A DNA stretch of 55,816 nucleotides, filler included, from Sphacelaria rigidula (GCA_964200075.2; 6 parts of 6 records of this genome joined end to end with filler, not necessarily neighbours in it), one strand, 5' to 3'. Numbered from the whole stretch's first letter, positions 35,896 through 48,479 are shown. The notes: generated from the letters alone by a model not told the origin. Numbers and translations: made by a program.

Positions 35896-37178
35896 GAGGA
35901 GCATACCACATACCACCTAAACCCATAGGTCAAACAGTACGCGGAGGAAGGCAAGAAATAAAACATTTACACGAAAGAGGGCACCTACACTACGATAGAT
36001 CCGTATAAGACCTATTGAAGTACAGGAGGCCTACCGGAATCTAAAAAGTCCCCGCGATCTCTCCGACTACGTTGCCACGTACTGGTGTATACACAGAGTA
36101 GTAACAGCGAGAAAGCCGTTAATCGAAACTGTCGCGTAGAACAGAGACCAATCCCGACATAGATCTACTGTCTAGAGTGCTGTTCAAAGAGATCCTCTAC
36201 AGAGCCCTCACCGGAGACTGAACAACGTCAGATATGAATATCCAAAAAAGACAAGAAGAACGAAAAAGGAATAGCCGATGGCAACAAGGAGGGAAAGCCA
36301 GAAACTATGATCTCCCTCGGGTTCTGGTCAAGTAGCATGGTCATGGAAACACAACAGACGGCGTGCCTAGCCTACATACGGCATAGCGCTATCAGCAAGA
36401 AACAGAATCTGTACAGAGTGTCGTATATTCAACCATAAAAACATGGGATACTATCTGCATGTAGTATCCACAACAAACAAGTATAGCAAAAATCCAACAG
36501 GAAAAAAGTATTCCGCCCTCAACGAAATTAGCCGCATGCTCTGCTCTTCTCCCCTACAAGGTCCTCTTCGAATTTGACCTCCTGACGCCCCCATCTGTCC
36601 TCATCAGCGTCCATTGGCCAACCCGACCGCCCATCCTCGCCGGTGTCCATGATCCCAAACAATGCCCCCTCTGCTTCCTTTCGTGATGAAACACTTCCTC
36701 CTTCGTTTTTCACTCTGGTTCTAGTCTGTAGTAAGTGCCTCGTCCAGAAGGCTCAACCAGACCTATCCCGTGTGTTGACGACTGCTCCTCCTCCATCCTT
36801 GACGCCGAAACCTCTCTATACACCGGCACACGCTCCCTTGTATCAAAGGTGTGCGTGCCAGCTTTCGACAGCGGTGTCATCTGCCTCCGCGCACACACCG
36901 AGTCCCAACATGCCCGCACTCAGGGTATTGACACATTGCACTGCTTGTAACGAAGGATATGCCCGCATTCAGGGTTTTTTTATATCATGCTGCACTACAA
37001 CAGGGGTGGGTGTGCCTGATGCGCACCGTGCTGACCCAACTCTACCACCACACCACGGCCTTGGCCAAGGGTGATGGTGAGGAGAAATCACTCCTTGAAG
37101 GTGATTCCGGCCCTACACCCGCCGAAAAGACTCTCCCCACGCCGTATCGAGAACACCGGTAATGGCCTGCGTTGGAGG

Positions 37179-37278
37179 NNNNNNNNNNNNNNNNNNNNNN
37201 NNNNNNNNNNNNNNNNNNNNNNTTAATTAATTAANNNNNNNNNNNNNNNNNNNNNNNNNNNNNNNNNNNNNNNNNNNN
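37179..37278. other. Artificial contig spacer
   Basis: N44-TTAATTAATTAA-N44. Confidence 0.98.
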
Positions 37279-37313
37279 TGCGGCTTGTTTAGGGAGGGGG
37301 GGGGGAGAGGGGG

Positions 37314-37795
37314 CGTACTCATTTGTTTCTTGCCACATTCCTTTGACCATTGACCACGCATCCCTTTCGAGACGGAGCACCGTTCCTACTCTTGATAGAG
37401 ACACCTCCAACATTTCGGTGCTCTTTACTTTTTTTTCAATAGACTACACAAAACCTTTCACATGTCTCATCCCTGTCCTGTTTCGCCCGTCTGTGGCCAC
37501 CATCCATCTCCTAGTACAGCCATTGTTTTCTCGCTTCTGTCTAATGGATCAAACTATACCATGCCACCTTCGTCTACGTCCCGCATTTCCCCCTCTAGCA
37601 CGTTTCGTTCTTCCTTGTACAGTTCACATTCTGCCACTATATGAGTTCTGCTCTCTATTGCTTTGCCACAAGACGTTGTCTGAGGGAGGGTATCGAGAGC
37701 TGCACGTTGTGTAATTTGCCGTAAGTGGTGTTTCCGTTCCTCTGTTTTGAAGGTATGAGCATATAAAGATGATTTGCGCGTTTTTTGCAAGCCCT
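37314..37795 (-). mobile_element. LINE 3' end (C-tract family) encoding the ORF2 C-terminal Cys/His zinc-binding region
   Basis: CGKAIESRTHIVAECELYKEER, then the conserved tail ...ATGAGTACG and a C-tract (37292-37313). Confidence 0.85.
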
Positions 37796-37827
37796 ACTTA
37801 TGGGGGGAGGAGAAGGAGGAGGGATAT

Positions 37828-37885
37828 GTACTCATGATCTTGCATGCCGTGATCATGAGACCATTGGCCTCGTATCCCTCCGAGG
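37828..37885 (-). mobile_element. LINE tail variant 2 between G-rich flanks
   Basis: Reverse complement of GGGATACGAGGCCAATGG...GGCATGCAAGATCATGAGTAC; G-rich tracts lie on both sides. Confidence 0.65.
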
Positions 37886-38746
37886 ATGGGGGAGGGGAGG
37901 TGGGGTCAAAATCAATGTAACGCTTGTGGAAACTAGGGAATGAATAGTTGTGTGAGCTGCAGTTGGGTACGACCCCTCAAATAGGGAGAGTTGATATCCT
38001 GAAGAGATATGTAAATTGTGCTACTCTTGAAACTTAAGCCCGACAAGAAACACAGCGGAGACGCGGGAGGGTGAAGAAGGCCTTGACACTTACCAGGGCC
38101 TCGAGACTATCGTACATCTTGAAGTTATGTATGAATATTTGCTCGTTTCATGCTTGCTACGTTTTGTTCTCACGACTCGCTCTTATGGAGTTATTTCGTG
38201 CATATTTTTGTTCAACACTCCGGCGTGAAACAAATGAAAAACCCCACATCACGCTGCGTGTTTTTGCGCCGCGTCACGCATGGCACCATCGCACCCCAAC
38301 TCGATGGGGAAATGGAACATCCACATTTACTACTTTTAGGCCCGGGAAAAATACGCTGGAGAAGCAGGCAGACAGGGTGAAGAAAACGCTGACGCCGATC
38401 CAAGGGTGCCTCGTCCAACAACAAGCGGCCATGCGCAGGGCAGCAGCACAATCATCGACCAACACGCGGTCTGCTGCTGGGGGTACAAGGTCAGTACCTT
38501 TCACTGCGAATACATTCCTCCGTTTAGTACCTGCGTGGTGAGGCACCCATAATGCAGTGTATAAGCCGTGGCTGTTTCTGGAAGTGGCGATATTAGAAAA
38601 TGAAGCAACTTGCCGTAGGCTGTCATTCAATTGCAAGGTAACCAGTAGGTCTCGGTTCGAACAATCTGAGCAGGATGCAGCTCACCCTTCATGCGACTCG
38701 CCGAACACACCACGGCGCTTCGCGCTTGGTGGTTTGNNNNNNNNNN

Positions 38747-38814
38747 CCGTCCCGGCTTTGTAGGGATGCGAGGTCAATGGTCTGATGACTATGGCATGCA
38801 CGATCATGAGTACA
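38747..38814 (+). mobile_element. LINE tail variant 2, next to a 10-N gap
   Basis: Nearly identical to 31557-31624 and followed by C5. Confidence 0.7.
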
Positions 38815-39924
38815 CCCCCTTTAGTACCTGCAAGGTGCTTGAAGCATGCTCCAGAGTACCCCATGTCAACTTCTCATTTCGTGCTCAACGCGGGACCCTT
38901 GGGTCGTTCCGCCGATCCAAGGAGATGAGGCGGCCGGCGAGCACAGAAACGCCTCTTGCTGCTCGCTTTCTCGGCAAGTTCTAGAACGTTTGAGGATTAA
39001 CAACTCGAGTCTAGAACGGTATCTTTCAAGGGTGTGTTGTGTAGGGTATTCCTTTCATTTGGGTCTTGCGAAAAATCGTGTTGTTAGCACCCGAAACTTG
39101 GGTAGAGCGTTGAGATCGTACTCGACAATAGCCACATTGTGGATAGAGTATCAAAATCGTCCCTTACCCTACCCAATACTGGACCATTGCAACGCAAAAT
39201 TCGGGAGAGTGGATACCCGGATATTCACCCTACCCAACATCGCACACCCTTGGCATCTTTTCTTGCACTGGGCTCCGGTGCCTTCAGGCCCAATGCTCGT
39301 AAATACAAAAATATACTTCGAAGTACATACTACTTTGCATGGTTGACCTCAAAACACCGTGCAGCATCGCACGCGAAGCTTCGTCCATCAGCACCACGCT
39401 TGCCTCAGCGCAAGCCGAACAGCTCGTCGGGTCGGCGCGATACCATTCGCAGCTTGCTGCACTGTATGGGATACAAGAATATGTCACCGGATATGAACTG
39501 TTTTGGATCACCATGGAACTCGGGAAACGCTAGGACGTTTTACCGACCTTGGCTTGGAATGATACGAGACACAAATCATTCGGCAAGGAGATATACCGAC
39601 GGCCTCGACTATGAAAGCTCATGGGTTCTACAACTACAACTACTACAACTAATTTTTTATTATTATTTCTGCGCATTAATGAAACAAAAATATTCAATTT
39701 GAATAATACCGACAACGGATACCAGAGGTTGCAACGAAAAAAACGTTGTTTCGAGACTCCAACCCGTGACCCCCGTAACCGGCGTCTCCTCCTCCTCCTC
39801 CTCCTCCTCCTACTTCTACTTCTGTTCGCAGTCTACCGCTGTATACTGTCCGTACTGCCCTAAGCCGTACCTGCGATTATTCTGCAGATAGTTGGTGCGT
39901 TGGGGGGGGGCTGTGTATTGCCTA

Positions 39925-40420
39925 CACCTGTAGCTGTTCACTGAAACTGTGTGCACTGCCCTAACCCATGCTCGCACTTATTGTACAGTGCTGTGTCTGC
40001 GTGGTGGTACTGCATGTAGCTGGCACCACGCTGCTGCATCCGTGTTTCGTAAGGGAACGCATGTGCCTGATACCCATGTGCTACAATTACAGCTGTGTGA
40101 ACAGCCTGTACTGTTGCACAGCGGTACTGGCTGCATCGAGTGTGCTTGTGCTGCATCGTACACTGCTTGTGTGTATGCTGTTGTCTCACTTGTGTACTAA
40201 CTGTAGACAGCCATTGCACAGTCTTTGGTTTTTGTTGTTCGGGAGGAGCCTCTGTTCCGACGAAGTTGTGTACGTGCAACGATAGCACTAGGTGCGTGAA
40301 CGAGGTACTGGTTGCTGCTGCTGCGCCATACACTGTGTGTGTTGTTCGTACTGTACTGCGTGCAGCTGTACTCCATGTATGCACGAGTACTGTCTGTACG
40401 GCTATTTGCACCGTGCTTGC
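39925..40420. repeat. Low-complexity TG/CTGT/TACTG-rich degenerate repeat
   Basis: Dense ACTG/GCTG/TGTG words; stop-poor, with overlapping spurious ORFs in several frames. Confidence 0.6.
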
Positions 40421-41709
40421 TCGGAGATTTGAGGCGCTTTTGTTGGGCCCCTTCTGCGATGTACTCCGAAGTTTAATAGCCTGACCGATATGTCCATCGT
40501 CCGCCGCTTCAAACTTATAGACCGCCTGCACACATATTGACCGTCTGTATGCCACATTGGAATTTACAGCATCAAGGTCTCGGTTTTTGACGATACACGC
40601 CACTCTAACCCTTTGACGGCGACGGCAGGTGATCGGTTGAATCGGCATCGTTCGCATTTGAAACGTGGGAGTGACGCTGATCCAATAACCCGCCAACCAT
40701 GCCGGTGAAACGTTTAATTTCCATTGCTTGCTATGAGTAATTTTTCGAAGCCTTGGAACATGACTTCCATCAAAGACACTTTGCGCTGGTGACTTGTGCC
40801 TTACACAATCTGGAGGGGATAAAGCCCATTCTAGCGCGAAGCTCCAGCGCAACACCTTGTGTGCGTATACATTTATATGTAACTACTGGTCCATGTCGAC
40901 GGAGGAATCACGTAAGAAACGCCTCAACTACCGCACAGTGTTGCGAACTAGGTGCCTCCATCAAGACACCAGCTGCGGTCGGGTGCAAAAGGGTTACTTG
41001 CTTGGCTACGTACGTGTCGGCGGTCCTCCTTCTGGATCCATTTACGAGTACAGCGCAAGGTGCCGCCTCGAAAATGGAGGCTTTGAAGAAACTTCTGATG
41101 TGTGTCGCTCTAGTCTTGGAACAGAAATCTGGTTTGCATCAACACCAGCCACTGACTACAACGGGTTATAATTGTTTTTCCATAGTGTGCCTTCGCTACG
41201 ATGTTCTAGGTCAACGTGCAAGTTGAGCCACGTGTAGTGTCATGGGTGTTTCCTCTGCGGCCTTCTCATAGCATGTAACTAAATGTTTGCGTCTATAATA
41301 TTCTCTCTTTGGATATCCGGTGTCGGTAACGCAGTGCAACGGCAGTGGTAAACGTCGCGTTGTATGATGATTGTTGTTCTTCAGCTGTTCATCGATCGGT
41401 ATGTGTTACCGTTTCGCTCAAAACTGTCCTCCGTTTTATCCGGTGATCCTCGTACCTTGGTACCAGCTCTCTAAAAACGACGCTACGGTCCACGTGTGTG
41501 TCTACTGCTGCTGCAATGACTGCCACGAACCTAAACAGCAATGCACCATTTCCTACGTGGCGCGTACGACCCCATTGGACCTCAAATCATTTGCGCCTAT
41601 CCCCTTCCCCCTCCTTCCAAACATCGGAACGGTTTTTCGGTGATGTTTTTGATATCCGCTTTGAACTATCCACATGCCGGCGTTGACGGTGGCGGGAACG
41701 TTTCACCAG

Positions 41710-41996
41710 CTCACCGTTATGGGGAGCAGCAAACGGGTGGGAAGGGGAAGGCCCCGGAGCGGTGGAAACACGAATACGCCTACTGACTCTGGAGGGAGAG
41801 TGGCTGGAAAAAGAGGGTCGCATCTTACGGGAACAGCAACAACATCACCACACCGCGACGAGTGCGAGTGGGGGAGCAAAGCATCCCGCCAAGAGTTACG
41901 ATGGCGCGCTTGCTAGCCTTGAGGAAGCGGCAGAAATCGGCGACGGGGTGGTCACCGACGGCGAAATGACCTCATCGCTCAGCTCTTCCCCCGCCG
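41710..41996 (+). CDS. PRKDC: DNA-PKcs-like gene, FAT-region exon (first of four seen)
   Basis: caccag| acceptor and |gtaagc donor, phase 2/1, open frame SPLWG...RIRLLTLEGEWLEKE...SSPA; phase-compatible with 42344. Assigned by splicing to the diagnostic downstream exons. Confidence 0.65.
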
Positions 41997-42343
41997 GTAA
42001 GCGGAGTGTTTGGAAGTATTGTACATGTACACAGGACATTTTACTTTTATCCCGCGGGTGTGCAAACATTTCATCTTCTCCTACCGAGCGGGAGAACGCA
42101 AGTATCCTGCAGAATATAGGTATCTTGCACTTTCACGGGGGGCGCATGATCGGCGGGGTGTTTCATACCGCCACCTTTTTTTTATCCCGCAGGAATTTCG
42201 GGCTGTGGAGCGTTCAACACTTTTTTATCACTCTCTCGGCATAATTTTTTTACAACCTTTTGCCAGATGTAACGGGGTATCGTTTTTGGAGCTGAGTGAA
42301 ATGACGACTAACTCGTGACCCTCACACTTTACCTGCTTCGCAG

Positions 42344-42512
42344 GAATCGTGGGCGCCGCGGGGGAGGCAATGCTGAAACTTGCGAAGCTGTGCGAAACTT
42401 TGGCCACGAGCGCAGACGGTATTTTGGAGGGCGCAGGCTGGGGTGTGATCAGGGGGCGAGAGAAGTTGGCAGCGCTGTCGGTGAAACGGTACCTCAGCGC
42501 CATGGCAGCCGG
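42344..42512 (+). CDS. PRKDC: DNA-PKcs-like gene, FAT-region exon 2
   Basis: ttcgcag| acceptor and |gtgggt donor, phase 1/2, EAMLKLAKLCE...LAALSVKRYLSAMAAG. Confidence 0.8.
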
Positions 42513-43685
42513 GTGGGTTGTTCGTACTTCTTGTAAATTCTGCTCTTTTGGGGGGGGGGAGGGGGGGGGCACCGCGCGTTCCTCAGAGTCACGATGGAAA
42601 TGCGGCGGTCCTTCGATTCCAACTCGAAGTTCACTTGTCTAGTCCACCCGCTCGATGACATTGAACAAAACTACGTGTGAAGTTTTTCTGTGCATATGGG
42701 AGATGTTACTTGTTGGCACTGTATCTCCAAGTGTTGTGTTTGGTCACTTCTATTTCAAGATTTTTCCTGGTGTTCACTAAAGCGGTGCGTCATGACATCA
42801 AGTTTCTACTGTTTCCCCTCGGGGTGTACTCGTGTTCCCGCACTTGTTACCTCGGGGGATGGGGGGGGGGGGGGGGGGGGGGGTTCCGAATGCAGTACCA
42901 CAACGGCTTCTCAGGACGCTGTTCTTTTCCCGACCACATGCCGATTGTGTAGCATTGGTATTACGTACACAGGAGGGAGTACCGTACTTGGGAACAACCG
43001 GTGCGGCATACTTCGACGTCCGCTGCGTCTGCCCTGCGTTCTTTCTGATCACTTCCGTGTGGGATGTTGTCTTCGCTTTTAGTGAAAACCAAATCCAACA
43101 ACGAAACATTCAGCATGGATTTCCGCAAATTTGAGACAACATTTATCTGTGTATCAAATACCTGATTCCAGTCTAATATCGCCCGTGGGCTACGAGATCT
43201 GGACCCCGGTGTACCGACGTCCATGTCTCGCACAGCCGTTGTTTTCGTTTTTCAAAACTGGTACATCCCGTTACACTCACGATTCCAGAAAATGGTATCT
43301 GGTTTTGCAGGAGGCGTTCACCCGAAAAAATAATTTCGCGCTTTTGATGCAAAAATCCATCTCCTCCCCTTGCCCCCCCCCCAAAAAAGAGGGGGGGAAA
43401 GCAACACATGCAGCAAGAACAATAACCGAACAATGCATTTGATGGGTGTTAATTGCTCGCTCGCTCGCTTGCTTGATTGTTTGATTATCGCACGTTAGCT
43501 GACCCGCTACGAATCGGACCGTGATCATACGACAGATGTATCTAAGATAATCGAAAGGCAGAAAACTCGCAAGAGGGGTGTCGAAGAGGGGTAAACCTTG
43601 AACAATAAAATAGGAGGACTTATGGTGCGTACTAAAAATACAACATTTATAATGCATATGTTTCTGTTGCGTGCCATATAAACAG

Positions 43686-43860
43686 GTCGGCAGACGCAAG
43701 AGACCGCTTCCCACGTGTCCTGTTCCTTGTGGGAGAGTTTTCGAAGGCCCGCGAGGCCTTTGCCGAGGGGGCGAAGACTGTTCCTGAGTGGGCTTTCCTC
43801 CGATGGGTTTCGCAAATGCTAGGTGTGACCGGAAGAGCGGAAGGCCCTGTTGTTCTGGAG
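43686..43860 (+). CDS. PRKDC: DNA-PKcs-like gene, FAT-region exon 3 (GC donor)
   Basis: aacag| acceptor, AG|GCAAGT donor, phase 2/0. SADARDRFPRVLFLV...TVPEWAFLRWVSQML aligns by eye with DNA-PKcs SxEARxKFPRLLQ...VPxWxFIxWISxM. Confidence 0.85.
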
Positions 43861-44174
43861 GCAAGTGTACTGTTTTGGAAAGTTGTACTCGATATATGCC
43901 GTCATACATATTTTCAGAATATAGAATGCAGTTAATCAACTTGCTACCGTTCTTGACGCCAAAAACATTCGAAATTCAGAATACAATGCGGCTTAACGTC
44001 CTACCGTTCTTTATGCCAAATATTCAAATTCAGAGTTATCCATACAAGTTGTTTCTGAATAGGGAACAAGATTCACAACACCTAGATGTAACGAAGCTGA
44101 GATGGAAGCTAGCGGTGGAGATTATTGTTCAGTACCAGGTATGATGTGACGTGGAGCGCACAGTATTGTGGAGT

Positions 44175-44900
44175 CACGATACTTCGGGTACTCCGGTATA
44201 CTGAATACTTTCGACAGTTGGCCTTGTTTTCATAGAGTGTAAGGCAGGCAGGGGGGGAGCAGGTTGGTTTCTTAAATCTTCGAACCCGCCCCGAGGACGG
44301 GGCGGTCGATGGGGGGATGAAAGTGTGGCGACAAGAAGAGCAGGTGGATGATGGGGGGTTAAGTTACCCAGTATACCCTGAAATTACCAGTATTTCGGGG
44401 AATCGGTGCCTTAGGTACCCGTGGTATATATACTCAGTACTCTGGCTGTACCACTGGGTTTTTCGGGTGTGGGTATTCGAAGAACCCTGCGATACTGGGT
44501 ACTTTCAGCTATCGGAACTATTTTAATTGTTTCAGGTACCGCATCGGGTATTTCAGGGGGGCGAGAACCCGAGGTACCCTACGATGCTGGGTACTTTCGA
44601 TCATCGAAATTATACTCAGTACTTCAGGTACCACACCGAGTATGTCAGGGGGGCGATTACTTGAGGTATCCTGTCGTATTCAGTGCTTGCGACAATTGTT
44701 ATTCTAGGTACTTCAACGATACTAAGTCTTCGATTGTTGATGCCCTGAGTATCATTGAATTCTTCGTCATTTTTGCTGTCGATAGCCTGGTTGCTCTAGA
44801 GTACTGCGTATCTTGGGTGGTCGATACCCTGGGTACCTCCTGGGGTACTGAGTACTTCGAGTAGCCGAGAAATCCACGGCCCTCAGGGTACCCGATCACG
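44175..44900. repeat. GGTAC/GGTAT/AGTAC-rich degenerate repeat, probably TE-derived, intronic
   Basis: Dozens of GGGTA/GTACC/TACTC words; similar word composition at about 49440-49590. Confidence 0.5.
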
Positions 44901-45238
44901 CCCTAACCGTCGTTGGATGAGTTCTTCATTTTTTCGAAAACAGACACATCTTAAAATCCAAAATATATCGCTTTCTTGAATGGACGTCTGCTTGACGGGT
45001 TTCCCAATGCTCTGCGATGCGTCAATGCGAAGGAGAGCCAGCCTGTCGTGTTGAACGCGAGGTATAGTCTGCTTTGCTCCTTTTTTTCGCAGTGCGTTTG
45101 TCTACAAGAGTGTTGGTTTCAGCGAGGGAAAAATCATGAGACTGTTGTATCAGTGGATATCTGTTTACACGAGATGACACGTTGTGCTTCCTTTTTGTTT
45201 TTTTGTCAAACGCCCGTCTTTTTTTACCGGATGATTAG

Positions 45239-45445
45239 GTACTGGAGAGGGTAGCGTCCTCATATCCGCGCGCTCTGTTCTACCCGTTACTCATCACCAA
45301 GACATCGGCTGAAAGGGGTCGTGTCGAGGGGGCGGCAGATGGTGACGGTGATGGCAGCGGCAAGCTCGGGAAGCTCGGGAAGCTCGGGAAGCTCGGGAAG
45401 CTCACGGCCTTGACATCCGACCCTTCGGCCGAAGCGTTTGCGGAG
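45239..45445 (+). CDS. PRKDC: DNA-PKcs-like gene, FAT-region exon 4
   Basis: attag| acceptor and |gtaaga donor, 207 nt, phase 0/0. VLERVASSYPRALFYPLLIT matches the YPQAxxYPFxIS motif. Contains (GKL)5. Confidence 0.85.
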
Positions 45446-46497
45446 GTAAGATCCGATTGAGAACCCCTGTGGTTCTAAAACCATAACGCACACAATGCAG
45501 TATATTCTTAGCGGCGCATTTTCCAGCCGTATCTACCACCCCACGGGGTCAGGAATGCGACGGCGTTGGCAATTGGGCCGTGGCGAAGTGAAGCTACCGT
45601 CGCCATGCTGCGTTCTCTGAGTAGATTTCCAAGGGTCGGATGAATCAGTGATTCGTCTGGAAATTACTTGATTTTGGTGTGATTGATTCGTACCGTACGA
45701 ATCAATCCTTGGACTTTGTTTCCAAGCGTTGCATCCAAGCCGCGCGCACTCCAGGCGCGTGGAATGGCGCAAACATTGCGTGGAGGCCTTTTTCGATTAG
45801 TGGCCGGCTTTTTTCTCTCTTTTTTGAGGAATCAGGCCTGAAATATCGTGGAGTTGGTGATTCGAACCGGCGGTGATTCGTCCGAACTTCGGTAGATTTG
45901 CGCCGTTTTTTTCGTGCACAACTGGTGAATACCGTCGTTCACTTGTAGTCGTTTGATTCAACGGGCCACACGCACGACGGAACAGATACGAGCGTTCACT
46001 CTCATGGACGTAGTACAGTGGCCATATATATTTGATCTGTGCTGCACAGAGTTCTGTTGTATACGGAGAGCATTGGATTCGGTACAGAACAAGAAGCATC
46101 AGCGTGCTTGGTTCGTGGATAAGTTGTTACGCAATGCTTGGCAAGTAAAATATAGGGTATAAGAGGTATCGTGCGATCTCTCTTGTAGCCATACTGCAAA
46201 GCACTGGCATAAACCCGACAATATTATCGTTCTATCACAGCGTTCATGAGATTGTCAAATGCTAAAAAGTGCACTATGGTGACTCTTGAAATTTACGAGA
46301 AATTTGTCGGGGAGAATGCGAGAGATAGCTTTTTTCATACAACTGCCTCACCGATATTGCATTTTCGGGGGGGAAATGCCGGCGAATATTTCCCGTCCGC
46401 CACATTTGGCTGACACTTTCTACTATAGCCCCCCCCCCAAAAAAAAAGTCCATGGTTTTGGGAGGCAAAATCGTGACGTAAATCGAAATGGGAAAAG

Positions 46498-46597
46498 NNN
46501 NNNNNNNNNNNNNNNNNNNNNNNNNNNNNNNNNNNNNNNNNTTAATTAATTAANNNNNNNNNNNNNNNNNNNNNNNNNNNNNNNNNNNNNNNNNNNN
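46498..46597. other. Artificial contig spacer
   Basis: N44-TTAATTAATTAA-N44. Confidence 0.98.
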
Positions 46598-46689
46598 TAT
46601 CCCCCCTTTTCGATGGTGGTCTTTTTTTTTTGTATTGATTTTTATTTTTTGTCGTCCTTTAACTGCCCCCCCCCCCCCCCCAGGGATTC

Positions 46690-46697
46690 TGAGTACG
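46690..46697 (+). mobile_element. 8-bp LINE micro-insertion (TGAGTACG) with an 18-bp TSD
   Basis: C10-AGGGATTC at 46672-46689 and 46698-46715; the insert equals the last 8 nt of the C-tract family. Confidence 0.7.
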
Positions 46698-48340
46698 CCC
46701 CCCCCCCAGGGATTCAGCCGTGGTCACATAACAGATGCACCCGAGATAAAAGCAAAACTTGAATGCTCGTTGAAGAAAACAAGAAATAGAGAAGGTGGGA
46801 CAGAACACCATAGTAGACAAAGACGTAAAAAAATATATGAAGACAGGAAAAAAAAAAAAATGGTCGGTCTTTGCCACATGACTTCGGCGGAAAAGGTCTT
46901 GCGCAGAGCCACACTCTTACCCTGTCGTAGAAAACCATACAAAAAGGCCAAAGAATAATCACACAGAGGGAAATATGGGGAAAAGGGAGAACAGAGAAAC
47001 AAACTACAGCAGTGATGACGGTAGATATCAGATACAGGCTGGTTCAGGGTGAATCCCCAATATATTGACTTCCCACTATTTTATATGCAGAATACAAAAC
47101 TGACCCGAGAGAAGCATATTTGGTATCATAACGACGCCCTCAAGCAAGCGAACAGTGTGGCATGGCCAGATTTTTTCTTGCGTCGTCTGCCGCGGCGCTG
47201 GTAGTGATAGTTTTTCTCGGCCAATCAGAGGCCTTCGAATTGTTCGGGAAAAATTTGCGAGTTCTCGACTTAATTCGTACCCAGTCTCCTCACAAGTCAA
47301 ACCACAGTAGTCGCCCATCAACTAGGGGCTCTAACTCAAGAAAAAAATTAAAAGTAATTCGAAAACCGTTTCTAGGGGATCGAGTTTTTTTTTACCCCAA
47401 AACGTGGTATTTCGATTGTGTGGAGTCTTGGCATCGTCGTCGGATTTCCATTAATTATGTGCATCGAAGATCCAGAAAGCCTCTTGACGTTTTCCCCCGT
47501 GACTTTCGCTCAAATCCTTCGATCATCCTTAGATTTCGCAGTTCGGTAGATACGGGTGCTACGAACGCAGAAAAAATATAATTGAAATAATACTTGGAAG
47601 TTTATCCCCCCTCTACCGGCTTCCGGGGGTCTTCATGCTGGGACCCGGGACCCCCTGGAGCCGTACAAATTGCTTCAATATCAGAAATTCGAAAATTTGA
47701 GTCGTCCTGAGGCAGTCCAAGGAACGTTTTTACAACGCTCCGTTGCGTAACTCGAAAAGCTGATCTCAAACGGTCGATTCAAGGTCAAGCGCACAAGGAA
47801 ATGTCGGTAGGATACTATACTCGGGTAGTTAGGGGGATTCCGGGTACTTTTGTATACTTCAACGCATACACGGGAGATTTCTCGCGCCATTTTTTCGAGT
47901 TAGTCCCTGAAGGTTTCGCACACTGGTGCTCTGAGACATTCAGCAAGGTTATATGAATGGGGTTATCTTCGCCAGATATCCGGGGTCCCTCACACCGCCT
48001 CCTGGGACCCCGGGTATTTGGCGAAAAAAACGAAAAAAGACGAGGAACCCTTTTCATACAGCCTTTCCAAATATCTGGCGAAGTATCGTTATATATATAC
48101 ATATATATTCCATTCTTGCTCCCCCTCGTTAGTGAAAGCGGGATAGGTTTGCGAGGGACTCGAAGCCGTGTCCGATGCATCAAGCGATGACGCTCTGGTT
48201 ATCTTTGCCATTTTATCGGCTGGTTTGTTTTTTCGTTCGTGCACTACCCTACGTGGGTGAGCGCACGGCCGAGAAAGAATCGGTCGTCCTGAAAATGGCC
48301 GTATTTCGTCCCTCTTCCAGGGGGGGGGAGGCGGGGGGCA

Positions 48341-48443
48341 CGTACTCATTTGTTGCTTGCCTCAGTCCTTTGAGCATTGACCACGCATCCCTTTCGAGAC
48401 GGAGCACCGTTCCTACTCCTAGTGGAGACACCTCCAACATTTC
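48341..48443 (-). mobile_element. 5'-truncated LINE tail (C-tract family)
   Basis: Matches 37314-37415; G-rich tracts at 48320-48338 and 48449-48463. Confidence 0.85.
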
Positions 48444-48479
48444 TCTTCTGGGGAGAGGGAGGAGAACGTTGGGAAAAAA

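Noticed and set aside
38854-38973. Further upstream DNA-PKcs exon ending at a GCAAGT donor
   Set aside because: The phase could fit, but the acceptor is poor and the peptide has no recognisable similarity.
39938-40855. 305-aa minus-strand ORF
   Set aside because: It crosses a low-complexity stop-poor repeat and a MITE end; there is no domain, and ORFs overlap in several frames.
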